The notes beneath the pieces were generated by a model. That model was not told the DNA's origin and did no database searches. It was given only the letters and a program-made list of their open reading frames with translations. 64,000 bases of DNA from Octopus sinensis (Eukaryota), in the NCBI RefSeq assembly GCF_006345805.1, contig NC_043002.1, positions 11,904,001 to 11,968,000 on the forward strand, in the 5' to 3' direction. This document shows, in pieces, positions 63,568 to 64,000 of the stretch. Positions within the stretch are counted from its first letter, which is position 1. Each line of letters begins with the position of its first letter. A program made the translations under genes and the position numbers.

Positions 63568-63854
63568 TTAATTTTGGATATATATATATTTATACAACGT
63601 ATGTATATGTATATATATATATAATACGTCAAGAATAACTATTGTTTCTTTCAAAAGAGACAAAGAGTTAAGAGGACTACAAGAAAAGAAGTGCTGAAAT
63701 AAATGAGGCAATTACAATTAAACATTGGTCATAGAACAAACATTAAAATGAGTTAACGATTTTATATAGGGTATCAAACCTCCATCATACATCATATATA
63801 AATAAATATTACCGTGTATTAATTGGTGAAGCCTTACTACTGAACTATTGGATG

Positions 63855-64000
63855 GAAGCACTCCGTCGGTTACGACGACGTGGGTTCCGGTTGATCCGAA
63901 TCAACGGAACAGCCTGCTCGTGAAATTAACGTGTGAGTGGCTGAGCACTCCACAGACACGTCACCCTTAACGTAGTTCTCGGGGATATTCAGCGTGACAC
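63855..64000 (-). mobile_element. SINE-C 3' end (cut by the window edge)
   Basis: gaagcactccgtcggttacgacg...ttcagcgtgacac. Confidence 0.9.

Overview
This is AT-rich, microsatellite-saturated eukaryotic DNA whose repeat content looks like an Octopus (coleoid cephalopod) intergenic or intronic region. The species call rests on my recall of the repeat families, not on a database hit. I recognised no host protein-coding gene, rRNA, real tRNA or CRISPR array. Almost all long ORFs in the track are translations of (TA)n, (CA)n, (CAT)n and (TAA)n tracts. The window is a transposon graveyard. It holds four tRNA-derived SINE families, called A-D here, which occur as single copies, a 5-unit tandem array and an inter-family chimera. 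It also holds RTE, CR1-like and R4/Dong-type LINE fragments, mariner and other DNA-transposon relics, several MITEs, and three Penelope-like element (PLE) bodies. The most striking signal is the density of minimal type-I hammerhead ribozyme (HHR)-like motifs. I found about nine sequence-unrelated families, and four loci have two motifs on opposite strands of a palindrome or inverted repeat. There is a 100-N assembly gap at 17827-17926. All coordinates were counted by hand and element ends are approximate.
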